A stretch of DNA of 64,000 bases from a virus. Location: positions 16,738 through 80,737 of the IMG/VR virus record IMGVR_UViG_3300015372_000001; one strand, given 5' to 3'. Under the pieces are notes generated by a model, which did not search any database, had not been told where the DNA came from, and was given only the letters and a program-made list of their open reading frames with translations. The translations under genes were made by a program, and so were the position numbers. How positions within the stretch are numbered: position 1 is the stretch's first letter; each line of letters starts with the position of its first letter. Below are positions 17,946-26,109 of this stretch, piece after piece.

Positions 17946-18292
17946 GCCGGCTCATCTCCTTCCGGGAGCGGGCTCTCGATCGAGATGACGCGAGGCAGTG
18001 GTTCCGGTCCGACATAGCGCAGACACCGGCAGGTGGTGAGCACCTGCCGGGTGCCCAGCTTGGTCTTCTTGAAGAAGGCGACGGTGTAGTGACAGCCGTC
18101 GTCGTCGCTGTGGAACGAGTAGTGGTGCGTGCACCCACAGGTCGGGTCCGGATCGGTGAGGACCCGGACCCGACGCTGCAGCCGAATGTTCGCCTGGTGG
18201 TAGGTCTCACCCCAGCCGAGGGTGAGGAACCAGCCGATGGCCAGCACCACGTTGCAGGTCAGGCTGACCCACAGCAGGTGCTGTGCGGTCAT
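17942..18292 (-). CDS. Membrane-anchored Cys/His-rich protein
   Basis: N-terminal TM helix; CGCTHH..H...C...CRC.RY.GP. Confidence 0.65.
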   Translation of the reverse strand: MTAQHLLWVSLTCNVVLAIGWFLTLGWGETYHQANIRLQRRVRVLTDPDPTCGCTHHYSFHSDDDGCHYTVAFFKKTKLGTRQVLTTCRCLRYVGPEPLPRVISIESPLPEGDEPA

Positions 18293-18561
18293 CTGACGAT
18301 CGCCGTCTCACGATCGAGGATCTCGTACCGGGAGTAGCCGTTCTCCGGATCGCCGATGATCCGCTGCACCTCCGACAGCACCAGCTGGTCGAGCTGGATG
18401 TGGGTGTGCACCTCCGTGGAGGGCCCGTTGTCGGGGCTCTGGGCGGGCGTACGGCGCTTCCGGGGAGTCGGTTGGACCTCTCCCCTGGCCACGGCCTGAA
18501 CGGCCTTCTCGTGGAGGCTGGCGGTCTCGGGGAGGGGCACGCCCTTCTTGGTCTCAGTCAT
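18289..18561 (-). CDS. Hypothetical protein
   Basis: GGAGG RBS before MTETK. Confidence 0.55.
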   Translation of the reverse strand: MTETKKGVPLPETASLHEKAVQAVARGEVQPTPRKRRTPAQSPDNGPSTEVHTHIQLDQLVLSEVQRIIGDPENGYSRYEILDRETAIVR

Positions 18562-18883
18562 GGTCCTCCGCTCCTTCCACGGTGTCCGGGATGCCGACGA
18601 ACTCCAGGTCCCGGCCACTGGCCTGGAAGATCGCCTTCATGTGCATGAACAGCGCGGCCATCGCCTGCACCGAGTCCTCGTAGTCGCGGATCTGGATCCC
18701 GGCCTTCTCGTCGTCCTCGAGGAAGACAATGGCCTTGACCGGGGTCAGGTTGGCCTCGGGGTCGCCCCGGTGCTCCTCGCGCTCTGCTTCGAGTGCGTCG
18801 TCCAAGGCGTCGGTCATCGACTGGCACAGGCGGGTCAGCCGGGTGAACGGCTGGTCGGCCTGCTTTACGTCCATGTCGGTCAT
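18554..18883 (-). CDS. Hypothetical acidic protein
   Basis: AAGGA RBS, coupled overlaps. Confidence 0.6.
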   Translation of the reverse strand: MTDMDVKQADQPFTRLTRLCQSMTDALDDALEAEREEHRGDPEANLTPVKAIVFLEDDEKAGIQIRDYEDSVQAMAALFMHMKAIFQASGRDLEFVGIPDTVEGAEDHD

Positions 18884-19101
18884 GGCGTTCCTTCCTTGCA
18901 GGTCAGCTGGTGGGCCTTGAGCTCGTGTCGAGCCATGGCCGCCTGCGTCCGCAGCTGTTGCAGACGCCGGCGCTCGGGGGCGCTGATGTGTCGCCCACGA
19001 GCCTTGATGGCCAGGCTGTTGTGCTCACCGGCGACCCGGACCAGGTTCCGCTTGAGCTCACTGCACTCCGCGCAAGCGACCCTGTTCTCGGCGATCCTCA
19101 T
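18880..19101 (-). CDS. Hypothetical protein
   Basis: GAAGGA RBS; CxxC. Confidence 0.55.
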   Translation of the reverse strand: MRIAENRVACAECSELKRNLVRVAGEHNSLAIKARGRHISAPERRRLQQLRTQAAMARHELKAHQLTCKEGTP

Positions 19102-19155
19102 TCCGTTCCTTCCTGGGTGACTGGCATGATGGAACCTCGTTCCCTTCCAAGGCGA

Positions 19156-19200
19156 ACAGCAGAGCCCCGGAGCTTGTGGTGATCCCCGGGGCTCTGCTGT
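19156..19200 (-). terminator. Strong hairpin after 19202..19462, terminator-like
   Basis: ACAGCAGAGCCCCGG / CCGGGGCTCTGCTGT perfect 15-bp inverted repeat; weak U-tract. Confidence 0.55.
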
Positions 19201-19201
19201 G

Positions 19202-19462
19202 TCAGGCGACTGCTCGATCCTCGCAACCGAAGACCGGGCTATTGATGTGGTGGGTGATGTTGCCCAGCTCGTCCCGTCCGATCAGGGTGACCATCCGGAT
19301 GTGCTTCGGGTTGAGCTGGGTGAGCAGGCTGGGATCGATCGCACACGAGAGCATGGTGCTGTACTCATCCATCGCCTCTTCGAGGCTGGTGTGGTTGCGG
19401 CTGAAGCTGCTCCCACTGCAGAGAGTGATCCCCACCTCATACGTCACGGATCTGGTGCCCAT
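19202..19462 (-). CDS. Hypothetical protein
   Basis: AAGGAG RBS before MGTRS. Confidence 0.55.
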   Translation of the reverse strand: MGTRSVTYEVGITLCSGSSFSRNHTSLEEAMDEYSTMLSCAIDPSLLTQLNPKHIRMVTLIGRDELGNITHHINSPVFGCEDRAVA

Positions 19463-19556
19463 GACTCCTTCTTTCGGGGTCGGCAGGTTGGTGGTGACCC
19501 ACGCCTCGCCGACCGGGAGGCATTGGCCTATCTGGCGGGGGTGTAGACCCGAGAGC

Positions 19557-19688
19557 TCACTCGAGCCCCCTGTCATGATCGTGGATCTCTTCGGTGGCCC
19601 GCCGTTGCCAGTAGGCCTCCATGAACAGGTTGGTGAGGATGGAGACCCCCACCGACCCGAATAGACAGGACAGGAAGAAGAGCGACAT
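19557..19688 (-). CDS. Small membrane protein
   Basis: TGATG coupling; MSLFFLSCLFG hydrophobic helix. Confidence 0.45.
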   Translation of the reverse strand: MSLFFLSCLFGSVGVSILTNLFMEAYWQRRATEEIHDHDRGLE

Positions 19689-19873
19689 CAGGCCTCCTCC
19701 CCCGTCCAGTCGTGGCAGTTCCCGCAGTACCCCTCGCGGATGTCGTTCGGGTTGTGCGAGGTCCTGCCGCATCGCGGGCAGGTGAAGCCGGTGATGATCC
19801 GGTCCACCGCCTGCTGGGCCTTGCGGCCCCGCTCCACGAACTCGCGGAGCATGTCCTGGTTGCGCTCGGTCAC
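19688..19873 (-). CDS. Small Zn-finger protein
   Basis: FTCPRCGRTSHNPND..EGYCGNCH. Confidence 0.7.
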   Translation of the reverse strand: MTERNQDMLREFVERGRKAQQAVDRIITGFTCPRCGRTSHNPNDIREGYCGNCHDWTGEEA

Positions 19874-20265
19874 GACTGCTCACCTTCTGCGTCGTCACGG
19901 TCGATGCGCTCGGTGGGCAACTCACCTCTGACCCGGACCTTGATCTGGTACCTGCTCCAGTCATCCCGGCCGACCTCCTGGGCGACCACATCCTGGAAGT
20001 ACTCTGGAATCTCCTCCCAGGGCACCTGGTGGAAGTCGAGCAGCTCGTTCCGCTTCAGCTCCGACCGGTCCCGGTTGAGCATCACCGCGTTCCGCAGGTA
20101 GGCCGGCTGTGCGGTCCCCAGCGGGTGGATGCCGGACGGCTCCGCACTGGGCTGGAGCGTGGTGAACTGGGTCCAGCCTTCGGTAGGGCTGGAGAACCCT
20201 TCCGGTGTCGTCGGCTGGTTGGCGTGACCGACCTCGATGACGATGGTCGGTGCAAGGTGCTTCAT
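19870..20265 (-). CDS. Hypothetical protein
   Basis: AAAGGGG RBS before MKHLAP. Confidence 0.55.
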   Translation of the reverse strand: MKHLAPTIVIEVGHANQPTTPEGFSSPTEGWTQFTTLQPSAEPSGIHPLGTAQPAYLRNAVMLNRDRSELKRNELLDFHQVPWEEIPEYFQDVVAQEVGRDDWSRYQIKVRVRGELPTERIDRDDAEGEQS

Positions 20266-20387
20266 GGTGTCCCCTTTCGGAGGGTTTGGTTCCCCACGAC
20301 GGTCGCCGTGGGCAGGGCGGGTCACCCTCCAGACACGCACATCCTCGACGGAGAGGACGAGGATGTGCGTGCTGGGCAGCGACCCCC

Positions 20388-20909
20388 TCAGTAGCGGGTG
20401 TAGGCCACGACCGACTTCGCGAGGAACTGAGTCTCGTTGAACTTCAGGCCCAGGTACTGCCCGAGGTAGAAGTCGTACATCGGGATCGGCAGCGGCTGCC
20501 TCCCCTCCAGCCTCATCGCTTGGCTCCAGAGCTCGTCATCGACCCGAGGGAGCCGGGAGCGGTGCATCGACGCTGGCGTGGAGTAGTCGGACCACAGGTA
20601 TGGACCACCGCAGATCCGGCCGCCCTGGTTCCCGTACGGCGTGGTGGACTTGAACCTGAAGCTGATGTTCTCCACCATCCCGGTGAACCGGATCTCATAG
20701 ACGGCCGATTCGGTCTCCACCTGGATCGGATTGCTGAGATTGCTATCCCAGTCGCCTGGGTCCACCAGTGCCCGCAGCAGAGCCAGCGAGCGCTTCTCGG
20801 CATTCTCCTGGCGCTGCTCCCGGGACGGTCGTGCGGCCCACCGGCCGTTGGGCAGCCGAGGCTGCTGGCGGAGCCGGTTCAGGACGTTGGCGACAGGACT
20901 GCTGGCCAT
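20388..20909 (-). CDS. Cys-motif family protein 3; candidate Ubl partner
   Basis: GRICGGP...PMYDFYLGQYLGLKFNETQF; ATG immediately after the TAG of Ubl B. Confidence 0.75.
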   Translation of the reverse strand: MASSPVANVLNRLRQQPRLPNGRWAARPSREQRQENAEKRSLALLRALVDPGDWDSNLSNPIQVETESAVYEIRFTGMVENISFRFKSTTPYGNQGGRICGGPYLWSDYSTPASMHRSRLPRVDDELWSQAMRLEGRQPLPIPMYDFYLGQYLGLKFNETQFLAKSVVAYTRY

Positions 20910-21170
20910 CTAGCCCCCGACCGTCTGCGGGACCATGACCACCTGCTCGGCGGTCTGGTCGAAGGTGCGGGTGACCGTGCCCGTGCCACCGCCGGAGTCC
21001 ACGGTGAAGGCGAGCATGCCCTTGGCCATGGACTCATCGAAGGTGGCCATGGCCTCGTTGACCTCGGTCTCGACGGCCGGGTCGTAGATCACGTCGGTGT
21101 GGCCGGAGCTGTCCAGGATGCGCAGGACGTGCTTGCCGGCCGGAACGTCGATCTTGGTGAGAGTGGACAT
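20910..21170 (-). CDS. Ubiquitin/ThiS-like small protein B with C-terminal Gly-Gly (86 aa)
   Basis: GAAGGGA RBS; MSTLTK...QVVMVPQTVGG-stop; paralog of 8860..9120. Confidence 0.7.
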   Translation of the reverse strand: MSTLTKIDVPAGKHVLRILDSSGHTDVIYDPAVETEVNEAMATFDESMAKGMLAFTVDSGGGTGTVTRTFDQTAEQVVMVPQTVGG

Positions 21171-21247
21171 TCGGTTGTTTCCCTTCGTGGTGATACAGCG
21201 AAGCCCCACAGCCGAGTTGCTGTGGGGCGGGTGGAACATCCGTGGGG

Positions 21248-21631
21248 CTACAGGACCACGACGTGGTGCGGCCAGTGGGCGTAGGGGACGGCCTTCTTGC
21301 GGAAGGCCCGCTCGTCGTACTTCAACGCGAGGTACTGCCCGAGCCAGATGTCGGGGTCCGGCAGTCGGCCGCCTGTGTAGGAGAAGGGCTTCGGCCCCCC
21401 ACACAGGGCGAACATGAAGTGCCCTTCGGTGCCGACTGCCTTGATGTTGATCGCGGTCGAGGCGAACCAGACCTGGTAGCGCTGCCCGCTCTGGCTGGTG
21501 AACTCCAGGTGGGTGTAGATCCGTCGCTGGAACCGACCACGCTTGTCCCGTTCGACCTGCCACCGCCAGTCCGAACTGGGGACGGTGGCTCGTAGCAGAG
21601 CCCAGCTGCGTTCATAGGCCGCTCCGGCCAT
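21248..21631 (-). CDS. Cys-motif family protein 2; candidate Ubl partner
   Basis: FALCGGP...LPDPDIWLGQYLALKYDERAF; AAGGAG RBS. Confidence 0.75.
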   Translation of the reverse strand: MAGAAYERSWALLRATVPSSDWRWQVERDKRGRFQRRIYTHLEFTSQSGQRYQVWFASTAINIKAVGTEGHFMFALCGGPKPFSYTGGRLPDPDIWLGQYLALKYDERAFRKKAVPYAHWPHHVVVL

Positions 21632-21814
21632 TCATGCTCCTTCCGTGGTGTGGGCGAGCGCGAGGAACCAGAGCTCCGGAGTGGCGTTCTCGCACCGCTC
21701 CATCGCCATGGCCTTGCGTCCGACCTCCAGTTCCCGTTGGAGGTCGGACGTGGACGCTCCGGGGCTGCTGTCCCAGCCCCAGATGTCGGCGTACCAGTAG
21801 ACGTACTCAGGCAT
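21632..21814 (-). CDS. Hypothetical protein
   Basis: GAGGT RBS before MPEYV. Confidence 0.5.
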   Translation of the reverse strand: MPEYVYWYADIWGWDSSPGASTSDLQRELEVGRKAMAMERCENATPELWFLALAHTTEGA

Positions 21815-21983
21815 CTGCCACCTCGGTGGTGACGGTGATGACCAGGACATGCACCTTGCGGAACTCGTCTCCCGGTGGGGTGGGCTGATCGGGGTGGATG
21901 TGAGGTTCCGTCATCCAACCGCCGTCGTTGGTGCGGACCTGCACCTCGACTCGCTCGGTGTAGGTGACCTCGGCGGCGCTCAT
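21807..21983 (-). CDS. Hypothetical protein
   Basis: GGAGG RBS, ATGA overlap. Confidence 0.5.
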   Translation of the reverse strand: MSAAEVTYTERVEVQVRTNDGGWMTEPHIHPDQPTPPGDEFRKVHVLVITVTTEVADA

Positions 21984-22222
21984 CCGACCTCCTCCTGTTC
22001 GACTGCGATGAACCGTCGGACACAGGCCTCGACGTTGAGGTAGGCGGCTGCACTGATCGGCGAGCAGCGAACTGCTTCGATCAGCGCCACACCAGCCGCC
22101 TCGACTGGGATGTGCTGGATCTCCAGGAGTTCCAGCACCTCTCGGGTCACGTCGAAGATCTGGACCAGGTGGGTGTCCATGAGCACCGACACGGCCAGTT
22201 CGACCTTCTCGTCCAGCGTCAT
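21980..22222 (-). CDS. Hypothetical protein
   Basis: GGAGGT RBS, TGATG coupling (MTLDEK). Confidence 0.55.
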   Translation of the reverse strand: MTLDEKVELAVSVLMDTHLVQIFDVTREVLELLEIQHIPVEAAGVALIEAVRCSPISAAAYLNVEACVRRFIAVEQEEVG

Positions 22223-22536
22223 CACACCTCCAGCGGGAGCAGGGAGCGGGGCTCCATGACCGTGACCTGCCGGGCGGAGACCTCCAGCACCTCGGGGATG
22301 TCCCAGCACGCGACACCTTGTTGACCTTGCGCGCCGGCGATCTCCGGGGTGCAGCCGACCTGCACCTCGTCCAGGAGGCGTTCGATCAGGACCGTGAGCG
22401 GCGGTTGACGGCTGTTGACCAACTCCAGCAGCCCGAAGAAGTGACCGGCGATGTAGCTGAACCGGTAGTAGTTCTCGGTCGCGCCCTTGCCCGCGTTGTC
22501 GGGCTTGGTCCGGAACGTGACGACGTAGATGTCCAT
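22222..22536 (-). CDS. Hypothetical protein
   Basis: GGAGGAG RBS, TGATG coupling. Confidence 0.55.
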   Translation of the reverse strand: MDIYVVTFRTKPDNAGKGATENYYRFSYIAGHFFGLLELVNSRQPPLTVLIERLLDEVQVGCTPEIAGAQGQQGVACWDIPEVLEVSARQVTVMEPRSLLPLEV

Positions 22537-22859
22537 CACTCCTCCTCGTCCTCGCCGTAGGACTCCAGCCAGGCCTGCTCGCGCGCCAGGTCACGGTCCT
22601 GGGCGCGCTCGGCCTGCTCCTCGAGCCAGTCCTCGCACTCGTCCGAGCAGCCCAGCTGCCAGACGCTGACGGGCTGGAAGTGCGCGGCGCAGCGCAGGCA
22701 CTGATCGACCCTGTTGTACGGATCGATCTTCTTGATGCAGGTGATGCACCGGTACTGCTGCTCCGGGTGGGGCTCGAACTCGTCGTCCGCCCAGGTGATC
22801 TCGGCCCCGCAGTCCATGCAGGCGACATCGTGGTAGTACGTGGTGATGGTGGTGCTCAT
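22536..22859 (-). CDS. Cys-rich (double Zn ribbon) protein
   Basis: Three CxxC plus CxxxC; AAAGGAG RBS; first gene after a leader. Confidence 0.65.
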   Translation of the reverse strand: MSTTITTYYHDVACMDCGAEITWADDEFEPHPEQQYRCITCIKKIDPYNRVDQCLRCAAHFQPVSVWQLGCSDECEDWLEEQAERAQDRDLAREQAWLESYGEDEEE

Positions 22860-22880
22860 GGTGACTCCTTTCAGGGGTCA

Positions 22881-22923
22881 GACATGCGAAAAGGCCCCCA
22901 GATCGAGTGATCTGAGGGCCTTC
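22881..22923 (-). terminator. Intrinsic terminator in 5' leader
   Basis: Minus: AAGGCCCTCAGATC-ACTC-GATCTGGGGGCCTT-TTCGCATGTC. Confidence 0.75.
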
Positions 22924-22999
22924 CCGCCGGCAACACCTTGTTGCCGTCGTTGCTGGTCAGAGCCGCTTTTGGGTATGCGGTCGCTGATCAACTGCTCTA

Positions 23000-23033
23000 A
23001 CTATCTCATACAGGCGTGGGAAACGCAAGTCAA
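23000..23033 (-). promoter_or_regulatory. SigA-like promoter
   Basis: AT-richer intergenic; TTGACT/TTGCGT -35 candidates, TTGCGT-17-GATAGT; shares ATGWGATA with the other two leftward promoters. Confidence 0.55.
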
Positions 23034-23070
23034 AACGCTACATTCCCAGCACTTTCTTGCGCCTCAGGAG

Positions 23071-23271
23071 TCACACCCCAGGGAACAGCCGCACGTTGGG
23101 GTCGAACGGCTCGTCCAGGATCTGGATCTCCATCTTGCGGCCTCCCTTGGTGAATACCAGGGCCACGACGCCGTAGTCGGCGGCCTGAACCTTCTCGATC
23201 GCGGCCACGATGTCGTTGCTGCTGGCCTTCATGTGCTGTGCCATCCGCAGGAAGTGGTTGTAGTCGGGCAT
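23071..23271 (-). CDS. Hypothetical protein
   Basis: GGAGG RBS, TGATG coupling (MPDYN). Confidence 0.55.
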   Translation of the reverse strand: MPDYNHFLRMAQHMKASSNDIVAAIEKVQAADYGVVALVFTKGGRKMEIQILDEPFDPNVRLFPGV

Positions 23272-23375
23272 CAGGAGCCTCCTCTGCTCCACCACCACGC
23301 GAGGAGCAGCCCTGTCCAGAAGCAGACGTAGCCGTACAGGGCTGCCCACACGATCACCAGGTGCTGAAGACTCAC
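23271..23375 (-). CDS. 34-aa membrane peptide
   Basis: VSLQHLVIVWAALYGYVCFWTGLLLAWWW...; fills gap exactly with GTGA and TGATG overlaps; not in ORF track. Confidence 0.55.
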   Translation of the reverse strand: MSLQHLVIVWAALYGYVCFWTGLLLAWWWSRGGS

Positions 23376-23641
23376 TCAGCCTCCTCGGCGGCCTCGGAGA
23401 TCTTCGCGATCATGTCGTCCACCACCTGCGGAGCGATCTTGAGCATCGCCTGAGCCAGCCGCAGGTGGTCGTCGTCGGCCTCGAACTCGACGCTCAGGAT
23501 CGCGCCCCTGGCCTTGATCATGACCTGGATCCCCATCTCGGTAGGCCGGATGCTGGCCTCGCCGATGGTCGCGCTGCAGTCGGCGTTGTTCAGCCGGGTC
23601 ATCAGCTCCTCGAGCAGCTCGGCATCGGGTACCTGGGTCAC
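23372..23641 (-). CDS. Hypothetical protein
   Basis: GTGA overlap (VTQVPD). Confidence 0.55.
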   Translation of the reverse strand: MTQVPDAELLEELMTRLNNADCSATIGEASIRPTEMGIQVMIKARGAILSVEFEADDDHLRLAQAMLKIAPQVVDDMIAKISEAAEEAE

Positions 23642-24063
23642 AGCTTCTCCCCAGCGATCTTCTCGGCGATCCGGCGGACCTGGGTTGCCGAGTTGGAGCC
23701 GTCGAACAGCGCGCCCGCCTGCTCGTCGGTGAGACCGAGCTCCGTTATCGCGACGTACCGGACATGGATCCCGTCCACCACGTCCGTGGTGGTGTACCGG
23801 GAGTCGGCATGCATCCCGACCCAGCCGGCCACACAGTAGGCAGTGCCGCAGTGCGCCCGGATCTGGTTGAGCTGCTCGTTGTTGACTCGGGTGCCGTCGC
23901 TGTTCCAGACCATTCTGACCAGGTGGTCGGCCATGTAGTTGGGGGGCGTCACGTACCCGCCCTGCCACCACTCGCGGTCGATCTCGGGCAGAGCGTCCTG
24001 CTCCTCTACCCACTCCACTGCCTTCCGCAGCAGCGGGATGTTGGGACTGATGTTCTCGGTCAT
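23638..24063 (-). CDS. Actinophage hypothetical protein (CGTAYCVAGW motif)
   Basis: W.Q..Y...CGTAYCVAGW...LGL...A..LF. Confidence 0.65.
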   Translation of the reverse strand: MTENISPNIPLLRKAVEWVEEQDALPEIDREWWQGGYVTPPNYMADHLVRMVWNSDGTRVNNEQLNQIRAHCGTAYCVAGWVGMHADSRYTTTDVVDGIHVRYVAITELGLTDEQAGALFDGSNSATQVRRIAEKIAGEKL

Positions 24064-24464
24064 GGGATGATCCCTTCATCCGGGTCGAACCCAGCTCTCG
24101 CGATCTTCTCGCACTTGGCCAGCAGGTCCTCGACCTCCGTCTGGGTGGTGGTATCGGCGTCGTTCCAGCAGGTGACCACGCCGACCGGGGCCGGCTGAAG
24201 GTCTCCGTCCTCGTCGTACTTGCGCTCGTCGTAGTCGAGCTGGCTGGCCAGCAGCCAGACCGCCTCGGTCATGTCCTCGTGCTCGGAGACCAGTTGCTCC
24301 AGGGACTCGTTGTCGGTCTCGAACAGACCCTGACAGAACGCCATCCCGCCCATCATGCAGACGTGGCCGTTCTCCTCGTTCAGGGTGCCCTGAGCCCAGC
24401 CGTGCTCCCGGATGTACTCCCGGGTGCTGGCCAGCAGGTCGGCCACCCTGTCCATGATCTTCAT
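24060..24464 (-). CDS. DUF6197-like protein
   Basis: YIREHGWAQG...CMMGG...WNDA..TT..EV. Confidence 0.7.
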   Translation of the reverse strand: MKIMDRVADLLASTREYIREHGWAQGTLNEENGHVCMMGGMAFCQGLFETDNESLEQLVSEHEDMTEAVWLLASQLDYDERKYDEDGDLQPAPVGVVTCWNDADTTTQTEVEDLLAKCEKIARAGFDPDEGIIP

Positions 24465-24826
24465 GTGGTGATCCCTTCATCCGGGTCAAACCCGGCTCGT
24501 TCGATCTTGGCTGCCTTGCGGAACGTGTCCAGGACGTGCTGCTTGCCCCGGGCACCCCTCTCCTTGTCGTCGTTCCAGGTCATGACGTTGCCCGAGGCGA
24601 GGACGATGTTCTCGGATCCGTCGATCGCCTTCATCAGGGCCTGACAGGCGCGCGCGACCTCCGGGGCCTGTACCTGGCTCTCGTCCAGGTCAGCGGAGAA
24701 CAGGATCGCGCCGACGGCGCAGCTCTGGTTCCGGTTGGGACCGAGGAGGGCACCCCTCCACCAGCCATGGTTCTCGAGGTAGTCGGCCGCGGCGTCCAGC
24801 CAGTCGGCCACGGATGCGAACTTCAC
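24461..24826 (-). CDS. DUF6197-like protein
   Basis: AADYLENHGWWRG...CAVGAI...WND. Confidence 0.75.
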   Translation of the reverse strand: MKFASVADWLDAAADYLENHGWWRGALLGPNRNQSCAVGAILFSADLDESQVQAPEVARACQALMKAIDGSENIVLASGNVMTWNDDKERGARGKQHVLDTFRKAAKIERAGFDPDEGITT

Positions 24827-25203
24827 AGCTCGTCCCTCTCCGCGATCTTGATGGCTCGGTCGAATGCCTCTACCACCTCGGCCTGGGTCCGACCGGCGGC
24901 GTCGTTCCAGTCGATCAGGTCGTACTCCCAGGGCCCGGTGGTGAGCTCGGTGATGGCCATCTCCACCACCCGCTGGTCGTTGTACAAGCGCTCCTGGACG
25001 GGGCCACGGTGCCCGATCTGCTCCAGGACCGCCATCCGCAGCGCTCCGATCGAGCAGAACCTCAGCTGCCCGTCATCGTCGGTCGTCATCTCGATGTTCT
25101 GGGCCCAGCCGTTCGCGATCTTGTCGCGGGCTGCGGTCAGCTCCGCGACTGTTCGCGTCTGCATCAGTGGTCCCTCTCCGCGGGTGTAACGGGGTCGCTT
25201 CAT
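24823..25203 (-). CDS. DUF6197-like protein
   Basis: GWAQ...CSIGAL...WNDAAGRTQAEVVEAFDRAI. Confidence 0.75.
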   Translation of the reverse strand: MKRPRYTRGEGPLMQTRTVAELTAARDKIANGWAQNIEMTTDDDGQLRFCSIGALRMAVLEQIGHRGPVQERLYNDQRVVEMAITELTTGPWEYDLIDWNDAAGRTQAEVVEAFDRAIKIAERDEL

Positions 25204-25688
25204 CTTTGGTTCCCTTCCGTGGGGTTGTCTTCTTCCATCTGCTTGGCGATCTCCTTGGGGTACATCACGACCATCGCGTCGTTCCAGGAGTCGGCGTAGT
25301 TGTACTGGCGCTCCCCGGTTGCGGCGTCCAGAGCATCGATGAACTGGCTCAGAAACGACCGCGAAGTGTCCTCGGGGTGCTCATCACCCGGGGTCCATCC
25401 GGTCCAGCGGGTGACCAGCAGGGAGTGTCCTTGCTCGGCCTCCTCGCGGGTGGAGTACCGGATCATGTCCAGGTCGGTGCTGTCGTCGGGGCCGAAGACC
25501 ATCGACTCGAAGATCAGCGGCGGGCCTTCCTCCCTGAACGAGTGGTCCAGCCCGAGCCAGACCGTGGAGACCCGGCAGCCGCCGGGCAGCTCGGTGTAGC
25601 CGATCCGGCGGTGCTCGAAGTCCTCGAACGTCTCGCACCACTTCTCCATGGTGATCGGCTGACCGTCCATGTCGTAGTAGTGGCTCAT
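25200..25688 (-). CDS. Conserved phage hypothetical protein
   Basis: YYD..G.PI...VSTVWLGLDHSF...PLIFESMVFG...RYST..EA..GH. Confidence 0.7.
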   Translation of the reverse strand: MSHYYDMDGQPITMEKWCETFEDFEHRRIGYTELPGGCRVSTVWLGLDHSFREEGPPLIFESMVFGPDDSTDLDMIRYSTREEAEQGHSLLVTRWTGWTPGDEHPEDTSRSFLSQFIDALDAATGERQYNYADSWNDAMVVMYPKEIAKQMEEDNPTEGNQR

Positions 25689-25957
25689 GTGTACCCCCAG
25701 CCCGAGCTCCCTCCGTCGTTGACCTCCTCGAACTCGACGGTGGTGGTGAACCGCAGCCCAGACTCGGTGACGATGGTGAAGGACTGGATGGTCCCGGAGT
25801 CACTGCGGTTCTCCTCGACGTGATCGACCTTGATCGGGAACTCATCGAAGCCCACGACTGCCCGAAAGCAGCCGAGGATCAGGTACTTCAGAGACCGATC
25901 CGGCATCGGGGTCTCACCGGGCCCCGGTGGGCCCATGCGGATGTGTCTCCTGGTCAT
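25685..25957 (-). CDS. Hypothetical protein
   Basis: AGGAG RBS, ATGA overlap. Confidence 0.5.
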   Translation of the reverse strand: MTRRHIRMGPPGPGETPMPDRSLKYLILGCFRAVVGFDEFPIKVDHVEENRSDSGTIQSFTIVTESGLRFTTTVEFEEVNDGGSSGWGYT

Positions 25958-26109
25958 GACGCCTTCTCCTTCGGTGCCTGGTACCACCAGCGCTTGCACT
26001 CGGCGCAGAAGTGGTCTCCGTCGTTGTGGTCGCCGGTGCAGGTGTGGGTGTGGCCGGGATCGGCGATCCCCGGCATGGTCGCCCGGCAGATCTTCGGCTT
26101 GTCGTTCAC
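25954..26109 (-). CDS. Small Cys/His-rich protein
   Basis: VNDKPKIC...HTCTGDH..DHFCAEC; overlaps on both sides; not in ORF track. Confidence 0.5.
   Translation of the reverse strand: MNDKPKICRATMPGIADPGHTHTCTGDHNDGDHFCAECKRWWYQAPKEKAS

Noticed and set aside
22950-22965. GTCAGAG in the 22.9-kb leader as a third copy of the RNA motif, or as a CGTCWGACG operator variant
   Set aside because: Opposite orientation, different structural context and only a 7-nt match; chance is plausible.
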